This document shows positions 9,601-18,630 of a DNA stretch of 64,000 bases, in pieces. The stretch is from Candidatus Hodarchaeaceae archaeon (GTDB lineage Archaea; Hadarchaeota; Hadarchaeia; Hadarchaeales; Hadarchaeaceae), in NCBI GenBank assembly GCA_030018135.1, contig JASEGJ010000004.1, positions 31 through 64,030 of the forward strand, read 5' to 3'. The notes below the pieces were generated by a model. That model saw only the letters and a program-made list of their open reading frames with translations. It was not told the DNA's origin and did not search any database. Both the position numbers and the translations under genes were made by a program. Position 1 is the first letter of the stretch, and each line of letters starts with the position of its first letter.

Positions 9601-9949
9601 GTATAAGCAGGTCGTGGTTGTTCGAGCGGACCTGAACATGAGCCCGGGGAAGCTCGCTGTCCAGGTCGCGCATGGCGCAATCGCGTCGGCCGAGCGGGCG
9701 CGAAGGGAGAGGCGCGAATGGCTGGATTCTTGGCTCGCCGAGGGTCAAAAGAAAGTTGTGGCCAAGGTGCAAAGCGGGAAGGAGCTCTTGGACCTTCACC
9801 GGAAGGCCAGCAGGTTGGACATACCCTGCGACTTAATTCAAGACGCGGGGCTGACCGAGTTACCGCCCGGCGTGATAACCGTCCTCGCGATTGGGCCGGC
9901 GCCGAGTGAAATGGTGGACGAGGTCACGGGCGACCTGCCGCTGTTCTGA
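9593..9949 (+). CDS. pth2: Peptidyl-tRNA hydrolase, archaeal type (Pth2)
   Basis: Start MFRYKQVVVVRADLNMSPGKLAVQVAHGA is the canonical Pth2 N-terminus. Confidence 0.85.
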   Translation: MFRYKQVVVVRADLNMSPGKLAVQVAHGAIASAERARRERREWLDSWLAEGQKKVVAKVQSGKELLDLHRKASRLDIPCDLIQDAGLTELPPGVITVLAIGPAPSEMVDEVTGDLPLF

Positions 9950-9958
9950 GGGCTTGAC

Positions 9959-10942
9959 ATGAAGCTCAGCGATATCGGCGAGCGATCGCTGGTGGAGCTC
10001 GCGCGGAGGATTTGCAAGCTCGGCCCCCGCGTCGAGGTCGGCATAGGCGACGACGCTGCCGCGATAAATATCGGCGACCGCTACCTCGTGGTCACGACCG
10101 ACATGCTCGTCGCCAGCACGCACTTCCCGCCGGGCACCAAGGCCGAGCAGATGGGTCGCAAGGCGGTCGCCGTGAACTTGAGCGACTTGGCGGCGATGGG
10201 GGCGGAACCGCTCGGCTTGGTCTTTTCCGTCGGCCTTCCCCGCGACCTCGAGGTAGGCTTCGTGAGGAGGATGATCCGCAGCATGGACGCGGCGACGCGG
10301 GGTTACGGGGCTTACGTGGTGGGGGGTGACTTGGACGAGAGCGAGGAGATAATCGTAACTGGCGCGGCGTTTGGCTTAGCGAACAAGGGCCGGCTCCTGA
10401 CGCGCTCAGGCGCCAAGCCGGGGGACATCATCGCGGTCACCGGCAACCTTGGCGCAGCTGCGGCGGGGTTGAAGATACTGCTCGAGCGATTGCCCGCGAG
10501 GGGATACGGGGAACTCGTCAGGGCCCAGCTCGAGCCGATCGCGCGCGTGAGGGAGGGCATGTCGCTCGCCAAATGCGGCTACGCCACGGCAGCGACGGAC
10601 GTGACGGACAGCCTGGCGGCGAACCTATGGCAAGTATCGAAGATGAGCGGGGTCAAATCGATCATCGATCGCGCGAGGGTGCCGGTGCACCCCCTCGCTC
10701 TGAAATTCGCTGAGCGCCATGGTTTTGAAGTCGAGGAGTTCGCGCTCTTCGGGGGCGAGGACTTCGAGCTGCTCTTCACGGTGAGGCCGGAGGGCTGGCG
10801 AAGGGTGCAACTCGCGCTCAAGCGCATCGGCACCCCCGTCGCGGCGATCGGGCATGTGGAGAGGGGCCGCGGGGTTTACATCGGAAGGGAGGGTAAATTG
10901 GAGAGGCTGCCTGACCGCGGCTATGAGCACTTCAAAGTCTAG
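9959..10942 (+). CDS. thiL: Thiamine-monophosphate kinase / AIR-synthase-related (PurM-like) protein
   Basis: Contains a GDDAA motif. PurM-like N and C domains. 327 aa. Confidence 0.7.
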   Translation: MKLSDIGERSLVELARRICKLGPRVEVGIGDDAAAINIGDRYLVVTTDMLVASTHFPPGTKAEQMGRKAVAVNLSDLAAMGAEPLGLVFSVGLPRDLEVGFVRRMIRSMDAATRGYGAYVVGGDLDESEEIIVTGAAFGLANKGRLLTRSGAKPGDIIAVTGNLGAAAAGLKILLERLPARGYGELVRAQLEPIARVREGMSLAKCGYATAATDVTDSLAANLWQVSKMSGVKSIIDRARVPVHPLALKFAERHGFEVEEFALFGGEDFELLFTVRPEGWRRVQLALKRIGTPVAAIGHVERGRGVYIGREGKLERLPDRGYEHFKV

Positions 10943-11334
10943 GTCACTGTTAGCGTGAAGTTGTCCGAGGCCGCGATCGGAGGACTGGGCACGTATGTCG
11001 CCACCGTTAGGATCACAGTATATGTGCCCAGTGGGGCATTATCGACAACACCGAATGTGTAGCTGAACGAGTTCGGGCCGATGGGACTCACGCTGGCGTC
11101 CTCCGTGAGGATCCTAACCCCCTGTGGAGCGCCCGCGACGGTCATTCCGGTGGATATGCTGCTGCCGTATTCCGGAGGGGAAACCGTGACCGTCAAGGTG
11201 CCGGAACCGCCCCTCGCGACGGAGAGCGACTTGGGGCTGACCGAGATGGTGAGGCTCGGCGCGCCCTCTTCGCCCGGTTCTCGCGAAGCTAGATAAGCCG
11301 TCGCTGCCACCGCGGCCGCGCACATGATGGCCAC
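10939..11334 (-). CDS. Secreted hypothetical protein (signal peptide plus beta-rich domain)
   Basis: Hydrophobic N-terminus AIMCAAAVAATAYLA. Ser/Thr/Val-rich body typical of an Ig-like surface domain. Confidence 0.45.
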   Translation of the reverse strand: MAIMCAAAVAATAYLASREPGEEGAPSLTISVSPKSLSVARGGSGTLTVTVSPPEYGSSISTGMTVAGAPQGVRILTEDASVSPIGPNSFSYTFGVVDNAPLGTYTVILTVATYVPSPPIAASDNFTLTVT

Positions 11335-11487
11335 TGCGAGAATGGTTATTTTGATGATACCGCCTCCAAATCATCGCTTCGCTCTGGCTTAAAAATTGTG
11401 GTGCCAACCGGGTTTGATGGCATGTTAAGTTTCTCGCTTTAGGCAGTTCCGCCCCCATAAACCATCGATAAAAGGAGGCGGTAAAAC

Positions 11488-11670
11488 GTGACCAAGTACG
11501 TGGGGTTAGACGTCCACGTGCAAACTTGCCACGCGACGGTGATGGACGAAAGTGGGAGGATCGAGAAGCGGGAGAAGTTTCGAAACGAACTCGGAGAACT
11601 CGAGAGGTCAACAATCCCCAAGTCATCGAATTACCGGTGCCGATGGTACCAATGGGTACAATTTTTATAA
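11488..11670 (+). pseudogene. IS110-family transposase, N-terminal remnant (about 45 aa) only
   Basis: Strong RBS AAAGGAGG followed by a GTG start. MTKYVGLDVHVQTCHATVMDESGRIEKREKFRNELGEL matches the IS110 DEDD-transposase N-terminus (YVGIDVHK..C.A...). The ORF then degenerates and stops, and no catalytic body follows. Confidence 0.55.
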
Positions 11671-11703
11671 CATAGGTCGGCTCTGAGTTGTGCGGGGCGG
11701 AAG

Positions 11704-13266
11704 TTGGATTTAAGGTCGCTTATCGATGGCTTGGGTATCAATGAGAGGAAGGTCCTGCTCGCGCTTCAGCAGCTCAGCGGGGAAGCGGACATCGCGGACA
11801 TCGAGGGGCAAACTGGCCTCGAGCACGTGGCGGTGATGCGCGCGGCGCTAAACTTGGAGCAACGGGGGCTTGTCCGGATCAAGGAGCGGAGGCGGTCGAT
11901 GGCTGCGATAACCGAGGAGGGCCGGATGTACGCTAAGGACGGGCTGCCAGAGCGGCGCATGCTCCGGGCGCTGGTCGAACTCGCCCCCTGCACCGCGGAG
12001 GATGCTGCCGACCGCGCGGGGCTTCCCGAAGAGCAACTGCAGATCTCACTCGGCTGGCTGAGTCGCAAGGGCTGGGCGGTGTTCATCAAGCAGGCGGGGC
12101 GGGCGATGCTCGCACCGACGAGGGCCGGCGAGGAGGCGCTAAAGGAAAAGCGGTCGGACGAGCGGCTTTTGGAGGTGCTCGCCTCGGGCAACGTCGCGGA
12201 GGACGAGCTGCCGGAAGATTTGAGGCTCGAGCTAGATATCCTCAAAAAGCGTGAGTTGGCCTTCGTCAAGGAGGAAGTCTGGAGGAGGCTCGTGCTAACG
12301 GAGCTTGGCGAGCGGGCGCTGGCGCTGGGCATCGAACTCGTTGAGGAGGTCAGCGAGCTCACCCATGAGCTGCTGGCGAGCGGCAGGTGGCGGGAGGTTA
12401 GGTTCAGGCGCTACGATGTCACCGCCCCTGGGCCGCCGGTCTATCCGGGCAGGGTTCACCCCCAGCAGCGGGTCATCGACGAGCTTCGCGAGATCCTGCT
12501 GGAGATGGGGTTCGTCGAGGTCAAGAGCAACTTGGTCGAGTCGGAGTTCTGGAACTTCGACGCCCTCTTCCAAGCTCAAGATCACCCGGCGCGCGAGATC
12601 CACGATAGCCTCTCGCTCTCGAGGCCCGAGCGGACGAAACTTCCTTCATCGGCGTTGGTCAAACGGGTGGCCGCGGCCCACGAGCGCGGCGTCGCCGGGT
12701 CGACCGGCTGGGGATACAAGTTCGACATAGGTATAAGCAGAAGACCCGTGCTGTGCTCACAGACAACCGCCGCCACCGTGCGGTACCTTGCTTCACACCC
12801 AAAGCCGCCCGTCAAGGTATTATGCATTGATCGCGTCTACCGTCACGAGAGGATAGACTACAAGCACCTCGCCGAGTTCTACCAATGCGAAGGTATAGTG
12901 ATGGACCGCGGGCTCACGCTGCGTGACATGCTTGGGTACCTTAAGCAAATAATGGTCAAGCTTGGCTTCAAAAAAATAAGGTTCATGCCTTCGTATTTCC
13001 CCTATACGGAGCCCTCGGTACAAGCTCAGGTATATCACGAGGAGAAGCGGGAGTGGTTAGAAATCTTAGGAGCTGGGATCTTTAGACCAGAGTTGCTTCA
13101 TCCGCTTGGCATCCGTTATCCTGTGCTGGCTTGGGGCATTGGGTTGAGCAGGCTGATCATGGCTAGGCTAGGATTAGAAGATATCAGGGACCTTTTCCGC
13201 AATGACCTCCAGTGGATTTCGAGCTTTGTTTATACCAGGGGAACCAGAAAAGAATCCTCATCGTAG
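11704..13266 (+). CDS. pheS: Phenylalanine--tRNA ligase alpha subunit (archaeal)
   Basis: Class II aaRS motifs (FRRYDVTAPGPPVYPG...HPAREIHDS...FRPE). 520 aa. Confidence 0.9.
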   Translation: MDLRSLIDGLGINERKVLLALQQLSGEADIADIEGQTGLEHVAVMRAALNLEQRGLVRIKERRRSMAAITEEGRMYAKDGLPERRMLRALVELAPCTAEDAADRAGLPEEQLQISLGWLSRKGWAVFIKQAGRAMLAPTRAGEEALKEKRSDERLLEVLASGNVAEDELPEDLRLELDILKKRELAFVKEEVWRRLVLTELGERALALGIELVEEVSELTHELLASGRWREVRFRRYDVTAPGPPVYPGRVHPQQRVIDELREILLEMGFVEVKSNLVESEFWNFDALFQAQDHPAREIHDSLSLSRPERTKLPSSALVKRVAAAHERGVAGSTGWGYKFDIGISRRPVLCSQTTAATVRYLASHPKPPVKVLCIDRVYRHERIDYKHLAEFYQCEGIVMDRGLTLRDMLGYLKQIMVKLGFKKIRFMPSYFPYTEPSVQAQVYHEEKREWLEILGAGIFRPELLHPLGIRYPVLAWGIGLSRLIMARLGLEDIRDLFRNDLQWISSFVYTRGTRKESSS

Positions 13267-13489
13267 CGGGGGCGATGTTTCTGAAAAGAGAAATACTTTG
13301 GATGAACTGCGAAAAAGAAGAAAGAGGTGCCCAAAACTTAAATGGGCCTCATGTAGCGGGGCACTTCAAACCCCTTTATCGGCTTCGAAAGTACAGTAGG
13401 CGGGTTCCGGAATTCATTAAGGTAATCAAACCCCGCATCAAAGCTCAGCCCAGCACTGGTAGTCTAGCGTTTGGAGTGGAGGTTAGTTA

Positions 13490-15133
13490 GTGCCAGCAAT
13501 TACAGTTAGCTATCGCGACCTCTGCGGGCTCCTCGGCAAACGCATCAAGCTGGAGCCCCTAAAGCGAAGCTTGTTGATGATGGGGATCGAGGCGGAGGCG
13601 ACGGGCGACGACCTCAGGCTCGAGGTGGCCCACAACCGCCCGGACCTGCTGAGCGCGGAGGGCGTGGCGAGGGCACTAAAGGGTTTTTTGGGTATCGAGG
13701 TGGGCCTGCCGTTCTACGGGCTTAGAAGCTCGGGCATAGTCATGCGGGTCGATCCGAGCACGAGGGCGGTTAGGCCCTATGCCGTCGGGGGGGTCGTCGA
13801 GGGCGTTAGGCTGACGGATGCGGCAGTCGCCCAGCTGATGCAGGTTCAGGACAAGCTGCACGAAACCCTCGGGCGAAATCGGAGGAGGGTGGCGATAGGA
13901 ATTCACGACTTGGATAAGGTCCGACCACCATTCCGCTACACCGCCGTCGCGCCAGACGGGATCAAATTTGTGCCGCTGGACATGAGCCGCGAACTCACAC
14001 CGGCCCAAATTCTGCAGGAGCACCCGAAGGGCATAGAGTATGCCCACATCCTTCGCGAGTTCGACCGCTATCCCCTGATCGTCGACTCGAACGGCGACGT
14101 GCTCTCGATGCCGCCGATAATCAACGGGGAGCTCACCCGCGTGACGGAAGGGACCAACCGACTTTTCATCGACGTCACGGGCACCGACGAGCTGGCGGTG
14201 AATCAAGCACTGACGATCCTGATGACCGGGTTCGCGGAGCGGGGATTCAAGTTGCGCTCGATCGTCGTCAGGTACCCTAACCGCCGCATCCGGGTGCCGA
14301 ACCTCAGGGCCACCCGCACCCGCCTGAACGTTCGGGGTGCCAACGAGACCATAGGCCTCGACTTGAAGCCCCGCGAGGCGGCTGAGATAATGAAACGGAT
14401 GCGCTTCGGCATCGTTGGCAAGAAGGGCGACAACCTCACTTTACTGGTTCCCCCATACCGAACAGATGTGATGCACGAGGTCGACCTCATCGAGGATCTC
14501 GCGGTGGGCTACGGCTATGACAAGCTCAAACCCGCATCGCCGAGGGTGGTGACGGTCGGCGAGCGGCATCCGCTCGAGGCATTGAGCGACATGGTCAGGC
14601 GCGCGCTGACTGGCCTGGGCTTCATGGAGGTGATGACCTTCACGCTTACGAACCCTCGCACGAACTTTGAGCTCATGAGGGCCGGGGGCACGGCCGCGAC
14701 CATCGCGAACCCAGTATCGGAGGAGTACACCATCCTCCGGACTTGGCTCCTTCCAAGCCTGATGTCCGTGCTCAAGGCAAACAGGCCCCACCCGCTGCCC
14801 CAGCGCGTTTTCGAGGTGGGCGACCTAGTGCTGCTTGACGAGGATGCCGAGACGGGCGCTAGGAACGTGCGGAGGGTCGCGGCCGCGGTCATCGGCGACC
14901 TGGGCAACTTTACGTACATCAAGGCGGTGACCGAGGCGGTCCTCCGGGATCTCGGTATCGCTCACGAAATCAGGCCCTTGGACCATCCGAGCTTCCTTGA
15001 GGGAAGGGCGGCGGAAGTTGCCGCGGACGGCAGGTGCCTCGGCATGATCGGCGAGCTTCACCCGGAGGTCATCCTAAACTTCGAGCTCGGGCATCCGGTT
15101 GCGGCTTTTGAACTCGACCTGCCAATGGGCTGA
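13490..15133 (+). CDS. pheT: Phenylalanine--tRNA ligase beta subunit (archaeal)
   Basis: GTG start. B3/B4 and B5 domains. 547 aa. Lies 220 nt downstream of pheS. Confidence 0.9.
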   Translation: MPAITVSYRDLCGLLGKRIKLEPLKRSLLMMGIEAEATGDDLRLEVAHNRPDLLSAEGVARALKGFLGIEVGLPFYGLRSSGIVMRVDPSTRAVRPYAVGGVVEGVRLTDAAVAQLMQVQDKLHETLGRNRRRVAIGIHDLDKVRPPFRYTAVAPDGIKFVPLDMSRELTPAQILQEHPKGIEYAHILREFDRYPLIVDSNGDVLSMPPIINGELTRVTEGTNRLFIDVTGTDELAVNQALTILMTGFAERGFKLRSIVVRYPNRRIRVPNLRATRTRLNVRGANETIGLDLKPREAAEIMKRMRFGIVGKKGDNLTLLVPPYRTDVMHEVDLIEDLAVGYGYDKLKPASPRVVTVGERHPLEALSDMVRRALTGLGFMEVMTFTLTNPRTNFELMRAGGTAATIANPVSEEYTILRTWLLPSLMSVLKANRPHPLPQRVFEVGDLVLLDEDAETGARNVRRVAAAVIGDLGNFTYIKAVTEAVLRDLGIAHEIRPLDHPSFLEGRAAEVAADGRCLGMIGELHPEVILNFELGHPVAAFELDLPMG

Positions 15134-15563
15134 TCTTTTGCGCGAGTCCCGAGCGATCGCAGAGTACATCGCCGAAAATTACCCCTCGGCAAGGAGGATC
15201 GTAGAGGTGGGCGTCGGCAGGCTTCCTGTGGCGGCGGTCGAGCTGAGCAAGCTATTGCCCGCCTGCGAAATCGTCGTCACCGACATCGCCGAACCGCCGA
15301 GTCTGCCGGGCGGCATAAGGTTCGTGCGCGACGACGTGACCGATCCTGACCTAAGCGTCTACGAGGGTGCGGCCTTGATATACTCGATGCGGCCTCCGCC
15401 GGAACTGCAGCCCTACCTGCTGAGGCTCGCGCGGACGGCGGGCGCGGACCTGCTCTTAAAGCCACTGACCGGAGAAAGCGTGCAGGTGGGCGGGAAGCTG
15501 GTGAACTACCGCGGGGCGGCCTTTTACGTCTTTAAGCAGTCACGATCTAGGATGAGCCTTTAA
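15099..15563 (+). CDS. UPF0146-like archaeal protein (methyltransferase-fold)
   Basis: 154 aa with a VEVGVGRLP Rossmann-like motif. The start is uncertain (overlaps the pheT end). Confidence 0.45.
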   Translation: MRLLNSTCQWADLLRESRAIAEYIAENYPSARRIVEVGVGRLPVAAVELSKLLPACEIVVTDIAEPPSLPGGIRFVRDDVTDPDLSVYEGAALIYSMRPPPELQPYLLRLARTAGADLLLKPLTGESVQVGGKLVNYRGAAFYVFKQSRSRMSL

Positions 15564-15791
15564 CTCCTGCGAAGTCTCACGTATAAGGCCGATAGGCGAG
15601 TTCCCGTGAACCACATCCAAGGACCAACCGGGAGATCCTGCCCGCTCTTCAACCCCAAAAACAGGGCAATTGGGGCAAGCAGAGAGAAGTTTAAAAGTAA
15701 AAGGGAGAAATAAAGACAGAAATCAAAAATCGAGATAGGAAACAGAGGAATGATTAGAAAAAGGAAGGCGTAGATTGCTCAGATGGCATAA

Positions 15792-16142
15792 AAAGATGGC
15801 GGTTATTTGCACTCGATCCAGTTCGCCAAGCCCTCATTGGTTTGCGACATTCAAGAGATCTTCAGGGGCATGATAGACAAATTTCTAATCGGATATGCTC
15901 AGAAACTAAATCAGGATAGTTTTGAAAGAAAAGGCGAAAGGATGTTTTTGAAGCGAAAGGAGAGCTACAAGCTGATAAAGGCGATCAACAAACTACTCGA
16001 CAGGCGGATTGAACATCAAAGAATCAAGAAGTATGGAGAACACTCGAAGATAAGGACGGCAATTGGGGAGGAACCGATGAAGCTAGCGCAATATCTTAGG
16101 GATGAAAAGGAAAATTATGAACCTATTGGAGCTTTTCTATGA
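15792..16142 (+). pseudogene. cas1: CRISPR-associated Cas1, C-terminal fragment only (N-terminal two-thirds missing)
   Basis: ...GGYLHSIQFAKPSLVCDIQEIFRGMIDKFLIGYA...IRTAIGEEPMKLAQYLRDEKENYEPIG aligns to the Cas1 C-terminus (GFlH...sLvlDlmEefRp.vD...sYr.aielQa.kLa..l.ge.~Y.Pf). The reading frame opens at a stop with no ATG (TTG only). Upstream sequence is non-coding and AT-rich. Confidence 0.65.
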
Positions 16143-17284
16143 AGCACATTTTTGTGATCGGCGAAAAGGAAAAGCACGAAATCGAAGTAGACCACGGGTG
16201 GCTGGGTAAGGTAACTGTAAGGGTTGATGGAAAAATCAGGTCAAGTAAGCGCCTTCGGAGCTTACAAAGAGGCTCCTTCTGTAGATTAAAAGTCGGCGAA
16301 GAAGAGAAACATGAAGCTGAACTTAAGTTTGAAGGGCTTTTTCCAAAAATCAGATGTTATGTCGATGGATATCCCCAACTACGGGAGGCAATTATTCCTT
16401 CCAGATGGAAGAAGCCAATCTCTTTAACTACAATCTTAGTTGTGTGCATCATTGTGGGTTCCATCAGCTTTTACGGCGGAGCAACATGGATAATTAGAGA
16501 ATATGATAAAGCACTTGAAAATCTAACTAAAGAATTTACAATTCTTCCTCCATACGTTCAGATTGAAAATAGAAATGTAAATATAGTTTTCAAAGCGTCT
16601 AATGGAACGTTGCACCACTGGACTATTGGGGTAGATGTCCTAGAGGCACAAATTGAGCTGGGGTATTTAAGAAGAGAATTAATACCAGATTTATTTCTGC
16701 CAATGATAGAAGGTATCTACGAGGCGTATTTGCCGTTAGCTGTTTTAGCCGGCATCAGCTATACTGAGATACAAGAGGTATATGCATCAATAGAAAATCT
16801 GAGGTCTTTAGGTATTCAATACATCAACTTAACTGATAACGAAACAGGCGAAAATCATCTTGTAATTGATTTCAGACCTTTTGTTATAAACAATTTCGCT
16901 GAGGTTATATCCAATCTTTATCATGACTTAGGAAGTAGTGACAAAGCTCTTGTTTACGAAATTTGGTATATAGTCACCCAACTGACAACTTATCACTCAG
17001 AAATAAAGGAAACTCCCAGATTCCCATTAGAAACATTGATCGGTGGCGGTGGGGATTGCGAAGATTTAGCAATATTGATAGCGAGCATGCTAAAGGGAGT
17101 CCCAGCAAATTACACCATTAAATTGGTTTATATGGACGCCGATAATCCAACAGACCCAAAGGATGTTAATCATGTCATCGTTTGGGTCGAAACTCCCAGC
17201 GGGTACAAAACTTTTGTCGATGGGACTTCTCATACGGATATGTGTCCATTCACAGAAGTTATTGGGTGGTATTTTGACGTTTAA
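16139..17284 (+). CDS. Transglutaminase-like (Cys-His-Asp) putative cysteine protease, membrane-anchored
   Basis: One TM segment near residue 105. TGc core motifs GGGGDCEDLAILIASML (Cys), NHVIVWVE (His) and FVDGTS (Asp). Low GC. Confidence 0.65.
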   Translation: MKHIFVIGEKEKHEIEVDHGWLGKVTVRVDGKIRSSKRLRSLQRGSFCRLKVGEEEKHEAELKFEGLFPKIRCYVDGYPQLREAIIPSRWKKPISLTTILVVCIIVGSISFYGGATWIIREYDKALENLTKEFTILPPYVQIENRNVNIVFKASNGTLHHWTIGVDVLEAQIELGYLRRELIPDLFLPMIEGIYEAYLPLAVLAGISYTEIQEVYASIENLRSLGIQYINLTDNETGENHLVIDFRPFVINNFAEVISNLYHDLGSSDKALVYEIWYIVTQLTTYHSEIKETPRFPLETLIGGGGDCEDLAILIASMLKGVPANYTIKLVYMDADNPTDPKDVNHVIVWVETPSGYKTFVDGTSHTDMCPFTEVIGWYFDV

Positions 17285-17816
17285 AATTTGAAATTAAGGA
17301 GGAAAAATTTGGACATAACTTTGGACATAACTGGAATCATCGTAACTGTTTGCTGCACTGTTGCGGGTTCAGTAGCAATCGCATTTGTAAATGCATCACA
17401 AATTTGTCAATACATAACTAGAGAGGAAGTTTTTGTTTCAACATAAGAAGATTTTTAGGTGGAGTAAGTTCTAAACGGAGGCCCAGAGCCCCCATTCCGT
17501 TTCCTTTGAAAGATGGTTATTTGCTTGAGAAAGCAAATGAAAAGCCAGATAAGGAAGAGCGGTTATTTGGTTGAAAAAGCAGGTGAAAGTTTAAAGATCG
17601 GCTTGGCTTTTCTTTAACTTCTCCGGTCATTTTCGGTCATTATGGGTAATCCCATCGTTTAAATAAAGCAATAAAAGTATGTGGTTTTTCAGACCGAGTT
17701 ACAGGCAAAAGGATGTTTTAATTAGCCTTTTGTGGCTTTTCTTTGACCTCTTCGGTCATAACGAGAACAGCAAATCATTTAAAGCGCTTAAGACCACTAT
17801 CTTCAGAGGAGGTAAA

Positions 17817-18563
17817 AAAATGAGGAAAATAATAACATTGCTCATGGGCCTAGCGATCGTTTTGAGCACAACTGTATCTGCCAGCGCACAAAAATCCCAT
17901 GATGTCGCCAACGCGTCCCAAGATATCATCATCGAGAAGTACGTACACTACGTCACCCCTCCGTGGGCGGGCTGGCGAGTCTCGACGGACGAAAACGACC
18001 CATCTTACAAGCTTTTCAGGGGCGGGGTCAAGTGGTCGTCTGCAAGCTTGCCTGTGACCTATCACGTAGATCCGGATAACGCTCCAGTGGGAGCCGTCTC
18101 AGAAGTTCAAACGGCGTTTGAAACTTGGGACAATGTTGTAACAACCGAGCTATACAATTATGCCATTGTGAATTCGGACGCGCAACCAAGTTTGGACACT
18201 GGAGTAGTCGATTACGTAAACACGGTCACCTGGCGCCCGATACCTGACACCACGATAATAGCTGTGACCTACCTCGCTTGGAATCGCGTGACCAAGGAAC
18301 TTGTCGAATTTGACATAATCTTTAACAGCAATTTGGCTTGGGACATCGACAGAGACGGCGAGGGTGGAGTCGAATTAACTGGCGATAATTTCGATGTCAG
18401 AAACATAGCCACTCATGAAGCTGGCCACACGCTAGTGCTTGACGATCTATACAAGCCAAAAGCCAGGGAGCTGACAATGTACGGCTATTCGGAGCCAAGG
18501 GAAACGAAGAAAAGATCGCTAGGGCTCGGAGACAGGCTGGGAATAGAGAAGCTCTACGCCTGA
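17817..18563 (+). CDS. Secreted zinc metalloprotease, metzincin-like (HExxHxxGxxD with a Met-turn)
   Basis: RBS GGAGGT. Signal peptide MRKIITLLMGLAIVLSTTVSASA. HEAGHTLVLDD zinc motif. Downstream TMYGY Met-turn. Low GC. Confidence 0.7.
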   Translation, partial: KMRKIITLLMGLAIVLSTTVSASAQKSHDVANASQDIIIEKYVHYVTPPWAGWRVSTDENDPSYKLFRGGVKWSSASLPVTYHVDPDNAPVGAVSEVQTAFETWDNVVTTELYNYAIVNSDAQPSLDTGVVDYVNTVTWRPIPDTTIIAVTYLAWNRVTKELVEFDIIFNSNLAWDIDRDGEGGVELTGDNFDVRNIATHEAGHTLVLDDLYKPKARELTMYGYSEPRETKKRSLGLGDRLGIEKLYA

Positions 18564-18591
18564 TTGGTAAAAGTCTCTGAGGCGTTGGTAT

Positions 18592-18630
18592 GGGGGCGCC
18601 GCGAGCGCCTCGATTTTTTATTTTTCTAAA
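18592..18630 (+). terminator. Hairpin plus T-tract terminator after the metalloprotease gene
   Basis: GGGGGCGCCGCGAGCGCCTC stem-loop followed by GATTTTTTATTTTTC. Confidence 0.4.

Noticed and set aside
11114-11626. 170-aa minus-strand ORF
   Set aside because: Arg/Gly/His-rich low-complexity sequence. It overlaps the secreted-protein gene and the IS110 stub in other frames. No motif found.
13267-13489. C/D-box-like elements (CTGA, GGATGAA) in the pheS-pheT spacer
   Set aside because: The box sequences are imperfect (no RUGAUGA). The box spacing is not convincing.
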